DNA from: Cyanobacteria bacterium P01_D01_bin.156
GTDB lineage: Bacteria; Cyanobacteriota; Cyanobacteriia; Phormidesmidales; Phormidesmidaceae
NCBI GenBank assembly: GCA_039024555.1
Contig: JBCCQQ010000024.1
Location: forward strand, 1-64,000
DNA length: 64,000 nt
Direction: 5' to 3'
The position numbers were made by a program, and so were the translations under genes. The notes under the pieces were generated by a model. The model was not told where the DNA came from, did no database searches, and was given only the letters and a program-made list of their open reading frames with translations. Below, one piece after another: positions 39,482-49,467 of this stretch (positions within the stretch are counted from its first letter, which is position 1; every line of letters starts with the position of its first letter).

Positions 39482-41485
39482 TTAGCTTCTTACCCATCCT
39501 TTCACCTCCGAATCCGTAATCGACCGTTCTAACTTGCCATACTCCCGTTGAGCCGCCTGTAGCAAATGGTGCATCTGCACTGGCTGTTCATCGTCTGCTG
39601 CTAAGAATGCTGCATTCAGCGCAATATTACGAATATTGCCCCCAGCCACATTCAGCTTGGCCAGCTTCCTAAAGTCTAGCCCGTCCGTCGGTGTCTGACT
39701 CGGAAACATCCGCTGCCAGATGGCAGTACGCTGAGACCAGTCAGGAAAGGGAAACTGCACCATAAAACGGATACGACGCATAAAGGCACGGTCAATGGCA
39801 TCGGGTAAATTGGTGGTGAGAATCGCCAACCCCCGATAGGATTCCATGCGTTGTAGTAAGTAGCTCACTTCAATGTTGGCATAGCGATCGTGACTGTCTT
39901 TGACTTCATTACGCTTACCAAATAGGGCATCGGCTTCATCGAAAAGCAGTATTGCTCCACCGGTTTCGGCAGCATCAAACACACGGCTGAGATTTTTTTC
40001 CGTCTCGCCAATGTATTTACTAATGACGGCACTGAGATCAATCTTGTAGAGGTCTAGGTCTAGAACATTCGCTAATACTTCTGCGGCTAAGGTTTTTCCT
40101 GTACCGCTGGACCCAGCAAATAGGGCTGTAATACCTAATCCTCGACCATTTTGCCCTGCAAAGCCCCAGGTTTGATAGACCTTAGCTTTTTGTTGCAGAT
40201 GAGCTTCTAGTTCCTGCAGCTTGGCAATTTGTGCCCCAGGCAAGACTAAATCTTCCCAGGTAGCTCGGGCATGAATACGCTGGGCCAAGGATTCTAAACG
40301 AGGACGGGCCTGATTTCGACAGGCTTGCCATAGATGGTGGGCCTGGGGGGTATCTGTTTGGTGGTCTAACTGCCCTAGGGCCTCACCGTAGGCAGACTCA
40401 ATCATCGGAGCATTGAGATTAAACTGGCTGGTAATTTGCTGCAGATGACCGTTTAATTCTGTTGCGGCAGCTCCCAGGTTGGTCTGCCACAGGTGCTGTT
40501 GCTCGGCTGTAGTGGGCAGATCGACTTCGAAGCTAACGGTGGGCTGGGTCAGCTGTTGTCGGGTGGGGCTAGAAAGGATCACCAGTCCAGAAATATCTTC
40601 GATAAACCGATTGAGGGTATTAGCTTGCTCGGAGCTACTGGACCATTCTAAAAGCAGGCCGCTCTGGCTAAGGTGAGCTTCTCGTTGCCAACGTCGGGCT
40701 AGACGATTTAGATCAAGGGCATTAGCAGGTAGGCTCTGGGCATTGAGGCGATGGAGGGTGAGACCAAGTTGGGTAGCGGCGGTTTGGGCAATAGTGGTGC
40801 GATCGCATCCTTCTCCCCTCCATAGCTGTAGTACAGACTGGGACCGTTGCCAGGTCTTCACCAATCTATCTGCCAATAACTGATGGGATGACACCAGATT
40901 ACCTGCATCGGTCAAGGGTTTGACAAGTCCGATGAGTTGTTCATCCAGGGGATTACTGCCCGTTAGAAAGTGAAGTATTCGCTCATCGATGCGCAATGGG
41001 CTCATAGTCAGAGAACGGCCTGGTCCGATTTCCACCAACTGCCAATGGCGTAGGGGGGTGCCTGTGGAGAGCGATGTCCAGCTGGATTCTGGCAAATTTC
41101 CCAAGGCCAAACTAAACGTAGGATAATTGCGTTGAGCATCCCCATGGAGTGCCGCAAATATAGGGGCAAAGGTGGCATCTAGCTCCATTCCAGCACAAAG
41201 CAACAGAATCTCCCGTTCAAAGGTCGACAGCTGACAAAGCTGACAGAGCCGTGGCAGTGCGGGCTGAAAAACGTTAAGGGATTGAAACTGTTGTATAGCA
41301 ATATCTACAGACGGCACATTGGACAACATTGGTAGCTCCATAGAAGCCTGTCGCAGTCGTTCTACCAGTCGAGCTTTGACCACAGTGATTGCCGCACTCA
41401 GATGATGTTGATTCTCAGATATCCATTGATGGTTGGGATTACGCATAATTCTGATGAGGTCTCTGAGATATCGCGGGGTATCCAC
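39482..41485 (-). CDS. eCIS AAA+ ATPase (Afp15/Pvc15-like)
   Basis: GSSGTGKT, SKYIGETEKNL, LLFDEADALFGKR, DSHDRYANIEVSYLLQRME; N-terminal YPTFSLAL..PLRHWQL. Confidence 0.93.
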   Translation of the reverse strand: MDTPRYLRDLIRIMRNPNHQWISENQHHLSAAITVVKARLVERLRQASMELPMLSNVPSVDIAIQQFQSLNVFQPALPRLCQLCQLSTFEREILLLCAGMELDATFAPIFAALHGDAQRNYPTFSLALGNLPESSWTSLSTGTPLRHWQLVEIGPGRSLTMSPLRIDERILHFLTGSNPLDEQLIGLVKPLTDAGNLVSSHQLLADRLVKTWQRSQSVLQLWRGEGCDRTTIAQTAATQLGLTLHRLNAQSLPANALDLNRLARRWQREAHLSQSGLLLEWSSSSEQANTLNRFIEDISGLVILSSPTRQQLTQPTVSFEVDLPTTAEQQHLWQTNLGAAATELNGHLQQITSQFNLNAPMIESAYGEALGQLDHQTDTPQAHHLWQACRNQARPRLESLAQRIHARATWEDLVLPGAQIAKLQELEAHLQQKAKVYQTWGFAGQNGRGLGITALFAGSSGTGKTLAAEVLANVLDLDLYKIDLSAVISKYIGETEKNLSRVFDAAETGGAILLFDEADALFGKRNEVKDSHDRYANIEVSYLLQRMESYRGLAILTTNLPDAIDRAFMRRIRFMVQFPFPDWSQRTAIWQRMFPSQTPTDGLDFRKLAKLNVAGGNIRNIALNAAFLAADDEQPVQMHHLLQAAQREYGKLERSITDSEVKGWVRS

Positions 41486-41515
41486 AAGGGAGTGCCCCTA
41501 CAATTAGATTTGGTG

Positions 41516-42826
41516 TTATGGGGTAGCTCCAACAGTCACCGTCGGACCAATATAGCGCTGTAACATGGGATTTTCTGACTCCGGTGCATCGACTTCTAAA
41601 GGACTCTCGGCCCCGTCAATTTGTACTCTCACAAGATAAGTACCAGCCCGAATCTCTTTTAGGGAGAACGCTAACTGACTAGTTTCTGCTGTTCTGCGGT
41701 CTCCTTTACAGACGTAAACTTGAGTATCTCGCTCGTGATCATTTAAGAGCAGATAGGTACTCTGGTGGGGATCAACCGTCACATCAACGGTCAAACTGAG
41801 TAAGCCGTCATACACATCTTCATCCCGTTCTGTTAGCTCTAGGGGACGATCAGTTGTTGACAGAATCGTTGGACACAGCACAATCGGCACTAGGTTAGAC
41901 AAAATTGAAAAATCCTGCTCGCTGCTGCCGTTGTTAACGGTTTCCACATGGGCCACGCGAATACCCTGAGCTCCTGCGCGCAGCTGTGCCCTCTCGGTCA
42001 ATGGTAAATTCGCTAGGGTGATTTCTATTTTTTGTTTACTCACCTGTTGAGGCGTCAGACAAGCCTGGCCCAAGTGTACTTGGACTCTGGTGTTTTCTGA
42101 ATTATTGGCTTGCCCACTTTGTAGCTGTCGACCCTGTAGTACCAAATGGCTGTCGAGGGTGATGGGGGTATTTAGACTACCGGGAGTCGTCACTTTATCG
42201 AGGACGGGGCGTACAGGGGATGTAAAGAACCGACGACTGCGTACAGGTAGGGGAGATTTACCAGGTTTACGTCCCTGAATCACTACAGCAGTCGCTTGAT
42301 AAGCGAAAGAGAGAGAATAGGGAATCTGAAAAAAAACTGACCACACCCGAGATAGTTCCTCAGTGGTCATGTCACTGGGGAAGAACTTAACCATCTGTAC
42401 CTGTTCGGCTAGGGTGGAACCATCTAGTTCTCGTATGGTTGAACTTGCCGTAGTTTCACGAATTAGCTCCTGTGTTATCAAGGGGTTATCCACTAGGGTT
42501 TGAATCGTGCTACCCATTAGCCGTTGGGGTTCTAACCGTTGTTCGTTACCGTAAAAAGTAAAAATATAATGTAGGTCTAAACTTGCCTGACCGTGTTTGA
42601 CCAAATCCCCTTTGGGGCGTCGGGTTCTAAGATCGGCATTACGCCAGGCAGTATTAGGTGTGGCGTGATAAAGAAATACATTAATCCGGGCACCGGCTAC
42701 ATTTCCGCCTGGTGCATCGGGGCGCTGGGTGGTGATTTGGGCACCGGGTATATCCTGGGAAATGCCCTCTTGCAATAGCTTATTGAGTACAGCGGTGACG
42801 GTTGCGATCGCAAGATGATTACTCAT
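41516..42826 (-). CDS. Pvc16/Afp16 (DUF4255) cap / tail-terminator protein
   Basis: MSNHLAIATVTAVL, INVFLYH..N.AWRN.DL, LDLHY..T, EELSRVWS.F, YQATAVVI; likely start 42826. Confidence 0.87.
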   Translation of the reverse strand: MSNHLAIATVTAVLNKLLQEGISQDIPGAQITTQRPDAPGGNVAGARINVFLYHATPNTAWRNADLRTRRPKGDLVKHGQASLDLHYIFTFYGNEQRLEPQRLMGSTIQTLVDNPLITQELIRETTASSTIRELDGSTLAEQVQMVKFFPSDMTTEELSRVWSVFFQIPYSLSFAYQATAVVIQGRKPGKSPLPVRSRRFFTSPVRPVLDKVTTPGSLNTPITLDSHLVLQGRQLQSGQANNSENTRVQVHLGQACLTPQQVSKQKIEITLANLPLTERAQLRAGAQGIRVAHVETVNNGSSEQDFSILSNLVPIVLCPTILSTTDRPLELTERDEDVYDGLLSLTVDVTVDPHQSTYLLLNDHERDTQVYVCKGDRRTAETSQLAFSLKEIRAGTYLVRVQIDGAESPLEVDAPESENPMLQRYIGPTVTVGATP

Positions 42827-43010
42827 ATGCAGTTCCCTATAGCTAACATCACGCGCCACAACTCTAGTTACAACGACGCAGTTGGCCAAACTTCGCATCG
42901 TTTGGAGCAAAAACACACATAGCTTCAGATTGGAGCAACAATTGTGGCCAACAGTAGACAAGTGCCGTAGGATTGGGTGAACAAGTATGACGTCTTAGGA
43001 AAAATCTCCC

Positions 43011-44846
43011 ATGGGTAGCCGTTGGTGGCGTTATTTAGTGCCAGCGTGGGCTGTGATTAATTTAGGCGCAAGCACACCAGCTTGGGCTCAAAATGCTGAA
43101 TTTGAGCTAGAGGATTTTGACTTTTGGGCTGAGCAATGTTTGCTACTGAGCCAAGACACGGACTATGAAAAGACGATTGAAGCCTGTGAAACAGCCATTG
43201 GCCTTAAGCGCAAACGAGATAATTTAGAACTATGGTCAGCCCGCAGCCGCGCCCTGTTTGAACTGGGCGACTATGTAGAAGCCATTGGCTCCTATAATCG
43301 TGTGCTGCAGGTGGCTCCCCGTGAGTCGGTGGCGCTGGCCTACCAGTGTGCCGCCTATGTACAGCTTTCTCGTTTGGACGATGCCATTGCCACGTGTGAA
43401 CAAGCCTTAGCCATTAACGGTAGCTGGGGAACGGACTCTCCCGCATTGGCCTGGTACTACCATGGCCTAGCGTTACACACCATGGGACGGTTAGAAACGG
43501 CCCTGGGCTCCTATGGACGTGCCTTGAGGATTGATCCTGAGAACGTTATGGCCCGTGCAGGACAATGTGCAGTGTCCGCTGAATTAGGGAATCCCAATGA
43601 CAGATTGGGTGGATGCTCGCTGGGAGAGTCGGTCATTGCTTACGAGCAAGCCCTGGCAAAACAGCCCGATACGGAGACTCTCTGGTTTCAACAGGGACTC
43701 GCCCTAGAACAGCTGGGGCGATATGCCCAAGCCCTCACTTCCTATGAACAAGCAATCGCCCTGGTGGAAGACTATTCCCTAGCCCTAGCCCATCAATGCG
43801 CGGTGCTCAACCAGTTAAAATCGTTTGAAACAGCCCTGACGGCCTGCGATGCAGCCTTAGCGGGCAATGGCAAATGGGACCGATTAGGCCCTGGCTATGC
43901 CTGGAGCCAGCGCAGCACTGCCCAGGTGGGCATGGGTGCCTATGAGGACGGTTTAGCCTCGGCGGAGCGAGCGGTAGCCCTATTGCCGAATTATCCGGGG
44001 GGCTGGAACAATAAGGCCGTGAGCCTATGGTATTTGAGCAGGCTTGACGACGCCAAAATAGCGATTAATACTGCCTTTACCAAAGAGAATGAGATCTTAG
44101 AAACACTGGCAATAGAAACCTTTGATCGCTCCTATCAAGAGTCTCCTGTTCTCTTTTCCCGTCGTCGGGTGTTTACCGCATTTAACCAGGGCTCAATTTT
44201 GTTAGATCTGGATAACTACACAACCGCGATTGTTGCCTTTCGGCGAGCAGAGTCGGTATTAAATGAGTGGGAGTCAGCGGAGGTACAGCTGGTGACCAAT
44301 GAGTTTCAAGCACAGCTATGGTCTAACTTTGCGATCGCGCTTAGTAAAACCGGTGGCCCTGGACAAGCCTGGCAAGCTAGAGACTATGCCCATCAAGCAA
44401 CTGAGATTGCTCCCGATACCTATGAGATTCAATACAGCATGGGTCTGGTACAAACAGATATAGGCAGCTATAGAGGTGCGTTTGAAGCCCTATCAAAAGC
44501 CACTGAGCTGCAGCCGGACCACCCAGATTTAATGGCTGCATGGTACAAACTAGGGACAGTGGCTCTGCAACAGTATCAGATATCCATTGCTTGGCAAGCT
44601 CTACAACAGGCAGCCATCCTCACGCCTGACAATGTTGACATTGCCATAAAGCAAGGCGATGTACTTGTGCGGGCAGGCTGTTCTCAGGAAGCATTACAGT
44701 TTTTTGAAATGCTACTCAATGTTGCTCCAGATAACACACTCGTTGCCGAGCGCCATGGTGAACTTGTTGCAGCATTAGGTCATTCACCATTTGTAAATGC
44801 ATCAGTTGTGGATGTCAGCCAATGTACACCTATTTTTGACTCATAA
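43011..44846 (+). CDS. Exported TPR-repeat protein
   Basis: Signal peptide ending AWA; many TPR motifs (ALGSYGRAL, ALTSYEQAI). Confidence 0.85.
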   Translation: MGSRWWRYLVPAWAVINLGASTPAWAQNAEFELEDFDFWAEQCLLLSQDTDYEKTIEACETAIGLKRKRDNLELWSARSRALFELGDYVEAIGSYNRVLQVAPRESVALAYQCAAYVQLSRLDDAIATCEQALAINGSWGTDSPALAWYYHGLALHTMGRLETALGSYGRALRIDPENVMARAGQCAVSAELGNPNDRLGGCSLGESVIAYEQALAKQPDTETLWFQQGLALEQLGRYAQALTSYEQAIALVEDYSLALAHQCAVLNQLKSFETALTACDAALAGNGKWDRLGPGYAWSQRSTAQVGMGAYEDGLASAERAVALLPNYPGGWNNKAVSLWYLSRLDDAKIAINTAFTKENEILETLAIETFDRSYQESPVLFSRRRVFTAFNQGSILLDLDNYTTAIVAFRRAESVLNEWESAEVQLVTNEFQAQLWSNFAIALSKTGGPGQAWQARDYAHQATEIAPDTYEIQYSMGLVQTDIGSYRGAFEALSKATELQPDHPDLMAAWYKLGTVALQQYQISIAWQALQQAAILTPDNVDIAIKQGDVLVRAGCSQEALQFFEMLLNVAPDNTLVAERHGELVAALGHSPFVNASVVDVSQCTPIFDS

Positions 44847-44858
44847 TTGCCTTTGTTT

Positions 44859-44949
44859 GCCGTTGCTGATTTAGAGTACGAAACGATCTGTAGAAAAAGC
44901 TACGTATCAGTATTCTTTTCCAAACGTCATATTGAGGATCAGCAATGCC
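44859..44949. mobile_element. Second 91-bp MITE copy
   Basis: Ends GCCGTTGCTGATTTAGAGTACGA and (reverse complement) GGCATTGCTGATCCTCAATATGA; flanks CTTTGTTT / CTTTATTG (6/8); same length as 978-1068. Confidence 0.7.
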
Positions 44950-44982
44950 CTTTATTGTTTCTCATTCTCTTATCAGCTCATT

Positions 44983-45357
44983 ATGACTAGTCTTTTTGCC
45001 ACCACCTTTAAGTTTGTTCTGCCTAAGGGACTTATTGATGCTGACGGCAATTTACATCGTCAGGGACATATGCGTTTAGCCACTGCTAAAGATGAAATAA
45101 TATGCGCCCAGAATACAATGGTCCAAGCAGATCCAGGCTATAGCACCTTGGTTATGTTATCCCAGGTTATTGAGCACCTAGGAGCCCTGGAGACAATTAC
45201 ACCGGATCTATTAGAGAATCTTTTTCGTACTGATTTTCAATATCTCAAACTGTTTTACGAACAAATTCATCAGGGAGCCACCGCAGAACTCACCACCCAA
45301 TGTCCTCAATGCCAGCATAGCTTTAGTGTGGAGCTTACCCCCTCGGAAAAGCCCTAG
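44983..45357 (+). CDS. eCIS tail-assembly-chaperone-like protein with C-terminal CxxC
   Basis: F.F.LPKGLID.DGNLHRQG.MRLATAKDEI..Y...LSQVI..LG..LENLF..D..YL; CPQC; likely start MTSLF at 44983. Confidence 0.8.
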   Translation: MTSLFATTFKFVLPKGLIDADGNLHRQGHMRLATAKDEIICAQNTMVQADPGYSTLVMLSQVIEHLGALETITPDLLENLFRTDFQYLKLFYEQIHQGATAELTTQCPQCQHSFSVELTPSEKP

Positions 45358-45512
45358 GCTACCCCTCAAAAATACTACGCGAGGAGGTAGCTACCATTGC
45401 GTATCACTTTCATTGGTCCCTGGAGAGTATATTAATGCTGAACCATGTGAGTCGCCGTCAGTGGTGTCAGTCGGCTAAACAACTCCATCAGCAGTCACAG
45501 GTTGGGGAGTAG
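45345..45512 (+). CDS. DUF6760-like ORF in the -1 frame, no own start codon; predicted frameshift extension of the chaperone
   Basis: Reads GKALGYPSKILREEVATIAYHFHWSLESILMLNHVSRRQWCQSAKQLHQQSQVGE*; in-frame TAG upstream at 45324; no ATG/GTG/TTG before the conserved YP..L.EEVA.IAYHFHWS motif. Confidence 0.75.
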   Translation, partial: GKALGYPSKILREEVATIAYHFHWSLESILMLNHVSRRQWCQSAKQLHQQSQVGE

Positions 45513-46635
45513 GAGAAGGCGAAGAGACAGGATCAGGGGAAGATGAACTGGCAGGATGAACAATTTCCAGGTCATAGGTACAAAACGCTGGTTTTTCTTG
45601 TTCAATCAAGGCACGTATGGCAGCTTCATCCAAACTATCTAACTGTTCTTGGGTATCGGGGCTGAGAGTCACCCCAAAATCATAGGCTTTGCCCCCCCCT
45701 AAACAGGGCTGGTCACCCAGTGTGATATCACCAATGGCAAATTCTCGCTGACCGGGTTCTAATACTTCAATGTGTTGATATTCTAGACCGGTACACAGAT
45801 GTAAACATAGTTTTAGACCTCGAGCCGTACCCCGCCATTGATAAATTTCAACGGCATGGCGAATCAGCCGTCGCTGTTGGCTGAGGGGCAAGCGAGGGTT
45901 CATGGGCCATGCAACCCAATGGGCCAAAAATGGGACTAATGCCCTAGGCGTAAGCAACGGATCTAAATAGGCCCAAAAATTTTCAGTAGCCTCATAGACA
46001 GGCTCAAAGGACTGCTCAGTAATATTCAAAAAACGCCCGAGAAAATCAGACTCCTGATAAAATTCAGGCAAAAACTTCTGATAAATCCGTTCAGAACGGG
46101 GATAGAGCTGAATTGTTTTGTAGGCAATAAGTTGCGCTGCTGAGTCCTGTTCAGGCTCAACAACACGGTGCAAAAATAACTCACTGCCGTAGGCTAAACT
46201 CAAGTTTGTTTGTTCACCTAAATCATTGTTATCTTCAAAAAAACTGTTGGGCAAGGTAAAGCCCAGATTGATGGACACCGTTTCCCGTGGTGGTAGTTGA
46301 AAATAGTCAGTACTAAACTTCAACGACTGTCGATTGGAAATTTCAACATTCTCTAACCACGTTTCACACCATGCTTCATCTTGAGTAAATTTAGGCGATG
46401 GAACAGGGGTAAACCAACGATCTGGAAAATTCCCCTTTAACCCCACACTTACCCATAGGGCTTGTTGACCATTATTCTTGATTTTTGCCGTAACTTCTGT
46501 GAGTTTCCCAGGGATTAGCAATACGTTCCCAGGTGCAGGCATTGAGGCATCCGTCCCATTCAGCTGACTGTTCCAGTCAATGGGAGATGGGGTAGCTACG
46601 GTCAAATCGACATTGGGCGGTTGCAAGGAGACCAT
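45475..46635 (-). CDS. Baseplate wedge / phage tail protein I (P2 gpI-like)
   Basis: YQKFLPEFY..DFLGRFL, YLDP..P..LVPFLAHWVAW, IYQWRGT..GL, IEQEKPAF. Confidence 0.85.
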   Translation of the reverse strand: MVSLQPPNVDLTVATPSPIDWNSQLNGTDASMPAPGNVLLIPGKLTEVTAKIKNNGQQALWVSVGLKGNFPDRWFTPVPSPKFTQDEAWCETWLENVEISNRQSLKFSTDYFQLPPRETVSINLGFTLPNSFFEDNNDLGEQTNLSLAYGSELFLHRVVEPEQDSAAQLIAYKTIQLYPRSERIYQKFLPEFYQESDFLGRFLNITEQSFEPVYEATENFWAYLDPLLTPRALVPFLAHWVAWPMNPRLPLSQQRRLIRHAVEIYQWRGTARGLKLCLHLCTGLEYQHIEVLEPGQREFAIGDITLGDQPCLGGGKAYDFGVTLSPDTQEQLDSLDEAAIRALIEQEKPAFCTYDLEIVHPASSSSPDPVSSPSPTPQPVTADGVV

Positions 46636-46645
46636 CGGCGGATAA

Positions 46646-48997
46646 TTAACTATACACAAAGGTAACAATATGACCTGGATTGGTCTCGTCTTGCCATGAG
46701 GAGACCGTCTCTAATTCTCCTAAGGGAACGGTCATCATAGGGGTGGGAATACGCATCCACCCAGTCGTTTCCTGATGTTGAAAACGTCGCCAACAAAATA
46801 GCTGCACCTGACCAACGGAACGAACCTCAGGATGATCTTGTAAAAGAGCGATCACATCCGATGTCTGTACAGATCTACCTAAGGGCCAGCCCTGTTGATC
46901 AAAACCACCCGTAATTGGATTTAAAAACTGGTATAGCTCCCTCTGTAACTGTTGTTGTAGATAAGCAAGATCTGCTGATTGCTGTTGATATTGGGGCTGT
47001 AAATAGACCTCTGCAGATACGTGTACTCCCACATAGCTAGGCGGCTCAATAGTGGCTTGAATACCCAGGGCTCGATGTAAGTTTAAGTGCTCTTGTAAAG
47101 GCTCTGCTAGGTCTACATTCAGATGTAATTGGTCTGGGTGCAGACCATGGTCTAACGAATAAATATCAGCATGAGGAATGATTAGCAAACGGACAATACC
47201 GGGCGTAGTCAGGTGAGACGAGCGAACACAGTGGGCAAAGTAAACAGCGGTTCCCATATTGTGCTGTTTAGCAATGCGTTCAAAATCTTCAGGACTAATG
47301 GCTGTTTCTCGGGTACGAAGTAGTTCAGGGACGCGAATCATGGCTTGATTTAACGATTCTGCATCTCGACCTCCTGTTGCTGCCTCATAATTAACCACCC
47401 GTTTCACATAGGGAATGGATGTTTTCAAGATACTCAAGGCACCTGCACAGATATTTCCTCGACTACCCCCACCAACTCGATAGGTGGTCATGTAAATTTC
47501 CGCACCGATAGGAGGGACTTTGCCATACTGCCGTTCATCCAAGCGATCGGTAGGCTCTAAGACCGCTGGAATTGAAGGTTGTTCAAGCAGCGATGTTACT
47601 GATTTACGAATCCGACTAGGTCGCCCCCAAGACTGTACAGCAGCCCGCTCGTGAATTTTTTGCTGCAGCTGGTGGGGTTCGCGCAACAATGGGCCAAACT
47701 GTACTGTACCTGTATCGTTATTGATCAGATAGTGGGGATCATTAGCGCTAGATGCCCCAAAGTTATCAACCTCCTGCCACATTTCTAGAGGACCATTGGC
47801 AGATTCTACTTCGATATATTCTGTGGCAGGATGGCGTTTTAAGACAGGTCGTTTACTTAACTCAAATACCTGCCCAGGCTTACCGGTGCTTACCCCCAAA
47901 AGCTCTCTCTGGAGCTTTACACATTCACTAGCTGCAGTCACACCACCAATGGAGCGCACGGCCACGCCTGTGATTTCAGGTGACCGCTGATAATTAAACT
48001 GTTGTACAGAATTTTGCCCCAATCTACTTCTAGGAGCCGTATACACACAGCGAACCCAGTGCCCCGTATAGCTACCAAAGGTTGTTTCTGGCCATCTCTG
48101 AGGCATGTGCAGAATAACATCTGCGCCCTCTTGTTCTGGATTAGGTCCTGCTTGACCTAGTTTGTCGAAACTAAACCCTTTTGTTTTATCATCGACCTGT
48201 TCCCTAAGAATGCCATCCTGCCACTCTTGGCCATCCCAATACTGCCAGCTAAGGGGTGGATTGTTAGGATCAATGCCTGTAGTAACAGCCGCTGGACCAC
48301 TAAAATTTAACGCTAAGACATTTCCTGGAAGCTGGTTAGAAATGTCCTCGGTCGCTTCTGCAGAAGTGGCTGTCGCCATACTTCCTGGTTGTTCAGAGCT
48401 TGCAGCGTCTAGAACAAAGTATGCACAGTTGCCGATGGAACAAGATTTAAACAGCTGTAGTGAGATGTCTAAATTTGCAGAGTCTTGATTTGTACGGAGC
48501 ACATTATCCAGCTCTCCATCGGTCGGTATCTGCAAGGGCTCAACCCCCAGCAATAGATGTTTTATGCAGGGGATACCAATGACTAAAGGCTGCTCAGTGG
48601 TAAAAACAATCGCTGGTTGATTCTCGGTTCGTACCGTTGCCACCTCGGTACCAGCGGGGATAACTTTGGCTGTAGTTTGGGCCTTAGTTAAATAAAAGGT
48701 TACCTGGGTACGGGCAGGGTTGGGTGGCTGCAGACGAATCCCCAACAATTCTAAAAAGGCTACATAATGACGGGTAGGAACCTGATTAAACCGATAGAGC
48801 ATCTGATGCACTAACCAAGCAAATAGCTCTATCAGGGTTACGCCCGGATCTCCAGCATTGTAGTTGGTCCATTCAGGACAATAACGGGGAATGCGGAGCA
48901 AACATTCTTCCACCAGCTCATCAAAGGTGCGATCATCCAAGTTTGCCTTGGGTAAATCGGGCAAGTAGTCGGTAGCAGTTGGAAAATCGGGTTCCAT
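46646..48997 (-). CDS. Baseplate J-like assembly protein (Afp11-like)
   Basis: LDDRTFDELV..RIPRYCPEWTNYN.GDPGVTLIELFAW, YRVGGG..GN, GGRDAES, GWPLGR. Confidence 0.92.
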   Translation of the reverse strand: MEPDFPTATDYLPDLPKANLDDRTFDELVEECLLRIPRYCPEWTNYNAGDPGVTLIELFAWLVHQMLYRFNQVPTRHYVAFLELLGIRLQPPNPARTQVTFYLTKAQTTAKVIPAGTEVATVRTENQPAIVFTTEQPLVIGIPCIKHLLLGVEPLQIPTDGELDNVLRTNQDSANLDISLQLFKSCSIGNCAYFVLDAASSEQPGSMATATSAEATEDISNQLPGNVLALNFSGPAAVTTGIDPNNPPLSWQYWDGQEWQDGILREQVDDKTKGFSFDKLGQAGPNPEQEGADVILHMPQRWPETTFGSYTGHWVRCVYTAPRSRLGQNSVQQFNYQRSPEITGVAVRSIGGVTAASECVKLQRELLGVSTGKPGQVFELSKRPVLKRHPATEYIEVESANGPLEMWQEVDNFGASSANDPHYLINNDTGTVQFGPLLREPHQLQQKIHERAAVQSWGRPSRIRKSVTSLLEQPSIPAVLEPTDRLDERQYGKVPPIGAEIYMTTYRVGGGSRGNICAGALSILKTSIPYVKRVVNYEAATGGRDAESLNQAMIRVPELLRTRETAISPEDFERIAKQHNMGTAVYFAHCVRSSHLTTPGIVRLLIIPHADIYSLDHGLHPDQLHLNVDLAEPLQEHLNLHRALGIQATIEPPSYVGVHVSAEVYLQPQYQQQSADLAYLQQQLQRELYQFLNPITGGFDQQGWPLGRSVQTSDVIALLQDHPEVRSVGQVQLFCWRRFQHQETTGWMRIPTPMMTVPLGELETVSSWQDETNPGHIVTFVYS

Positions 48998-49032
48998 TGG
49001 CAGGCTCTATCGAAGAAAAGAAAAATAAGGGG

Positions 49033-49458
49033 CTACAGATCGGCAACAGTTTCAGGAGGCAACAAATAAAAAGGATAGACTATACTGCGGGTGTCATAGC
49101 TGTCTTTAGGTTGATACACAATGGTGATATCAACCTGACCACTGCTAGGATCAGGCTCTGTCAAAATGTTGAGTAAATCAATCCGAGGCTCCCAGATTTC
49201 TAGAGCTTCACGCACATAGAGGCGAATTAATGACAATGTTTCCGTATTCATGGGTTCAAAGACTAACTCGGATAGCCGTGAACCAAAATTAGGACGATAC
49301 ACCCGCTCTCCTAACCGCGTTCTTAGAATAATTGTGATAGCCTCTTCCAGATTTCTAGCGCCATGGCTAAGCTGGAAACTACCCTGGGCATTGGTATGAA
49401 TTGGACAGGCAAGGCCAGCACCAATATGAGACGGTGAGAAGTCATTATTGAGAGCCAT
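49033..49458 (-). CDS. GPW/gp25 baseplate protein (Afp9-like)
   Basis: IILRT..GERVYRPNFGS.L..LVF, WEPRI, IVYPFY. Confidence 0.92.
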   Translation of the reverse strand: MALNNDFSPSHIGAGLACPIHTNAQGSFQLSHGARNLEEAITIILRTRLGERVYRPNFGSRLSELVFEPMNTETLSLIRLYVREALEIWEPRIDLLNILTEPDPSSGQVDITIVYQPKDSYDTRSIVYPFYLLPPETVADL

Positions 49459-49467
49459 TGCTGTGTA

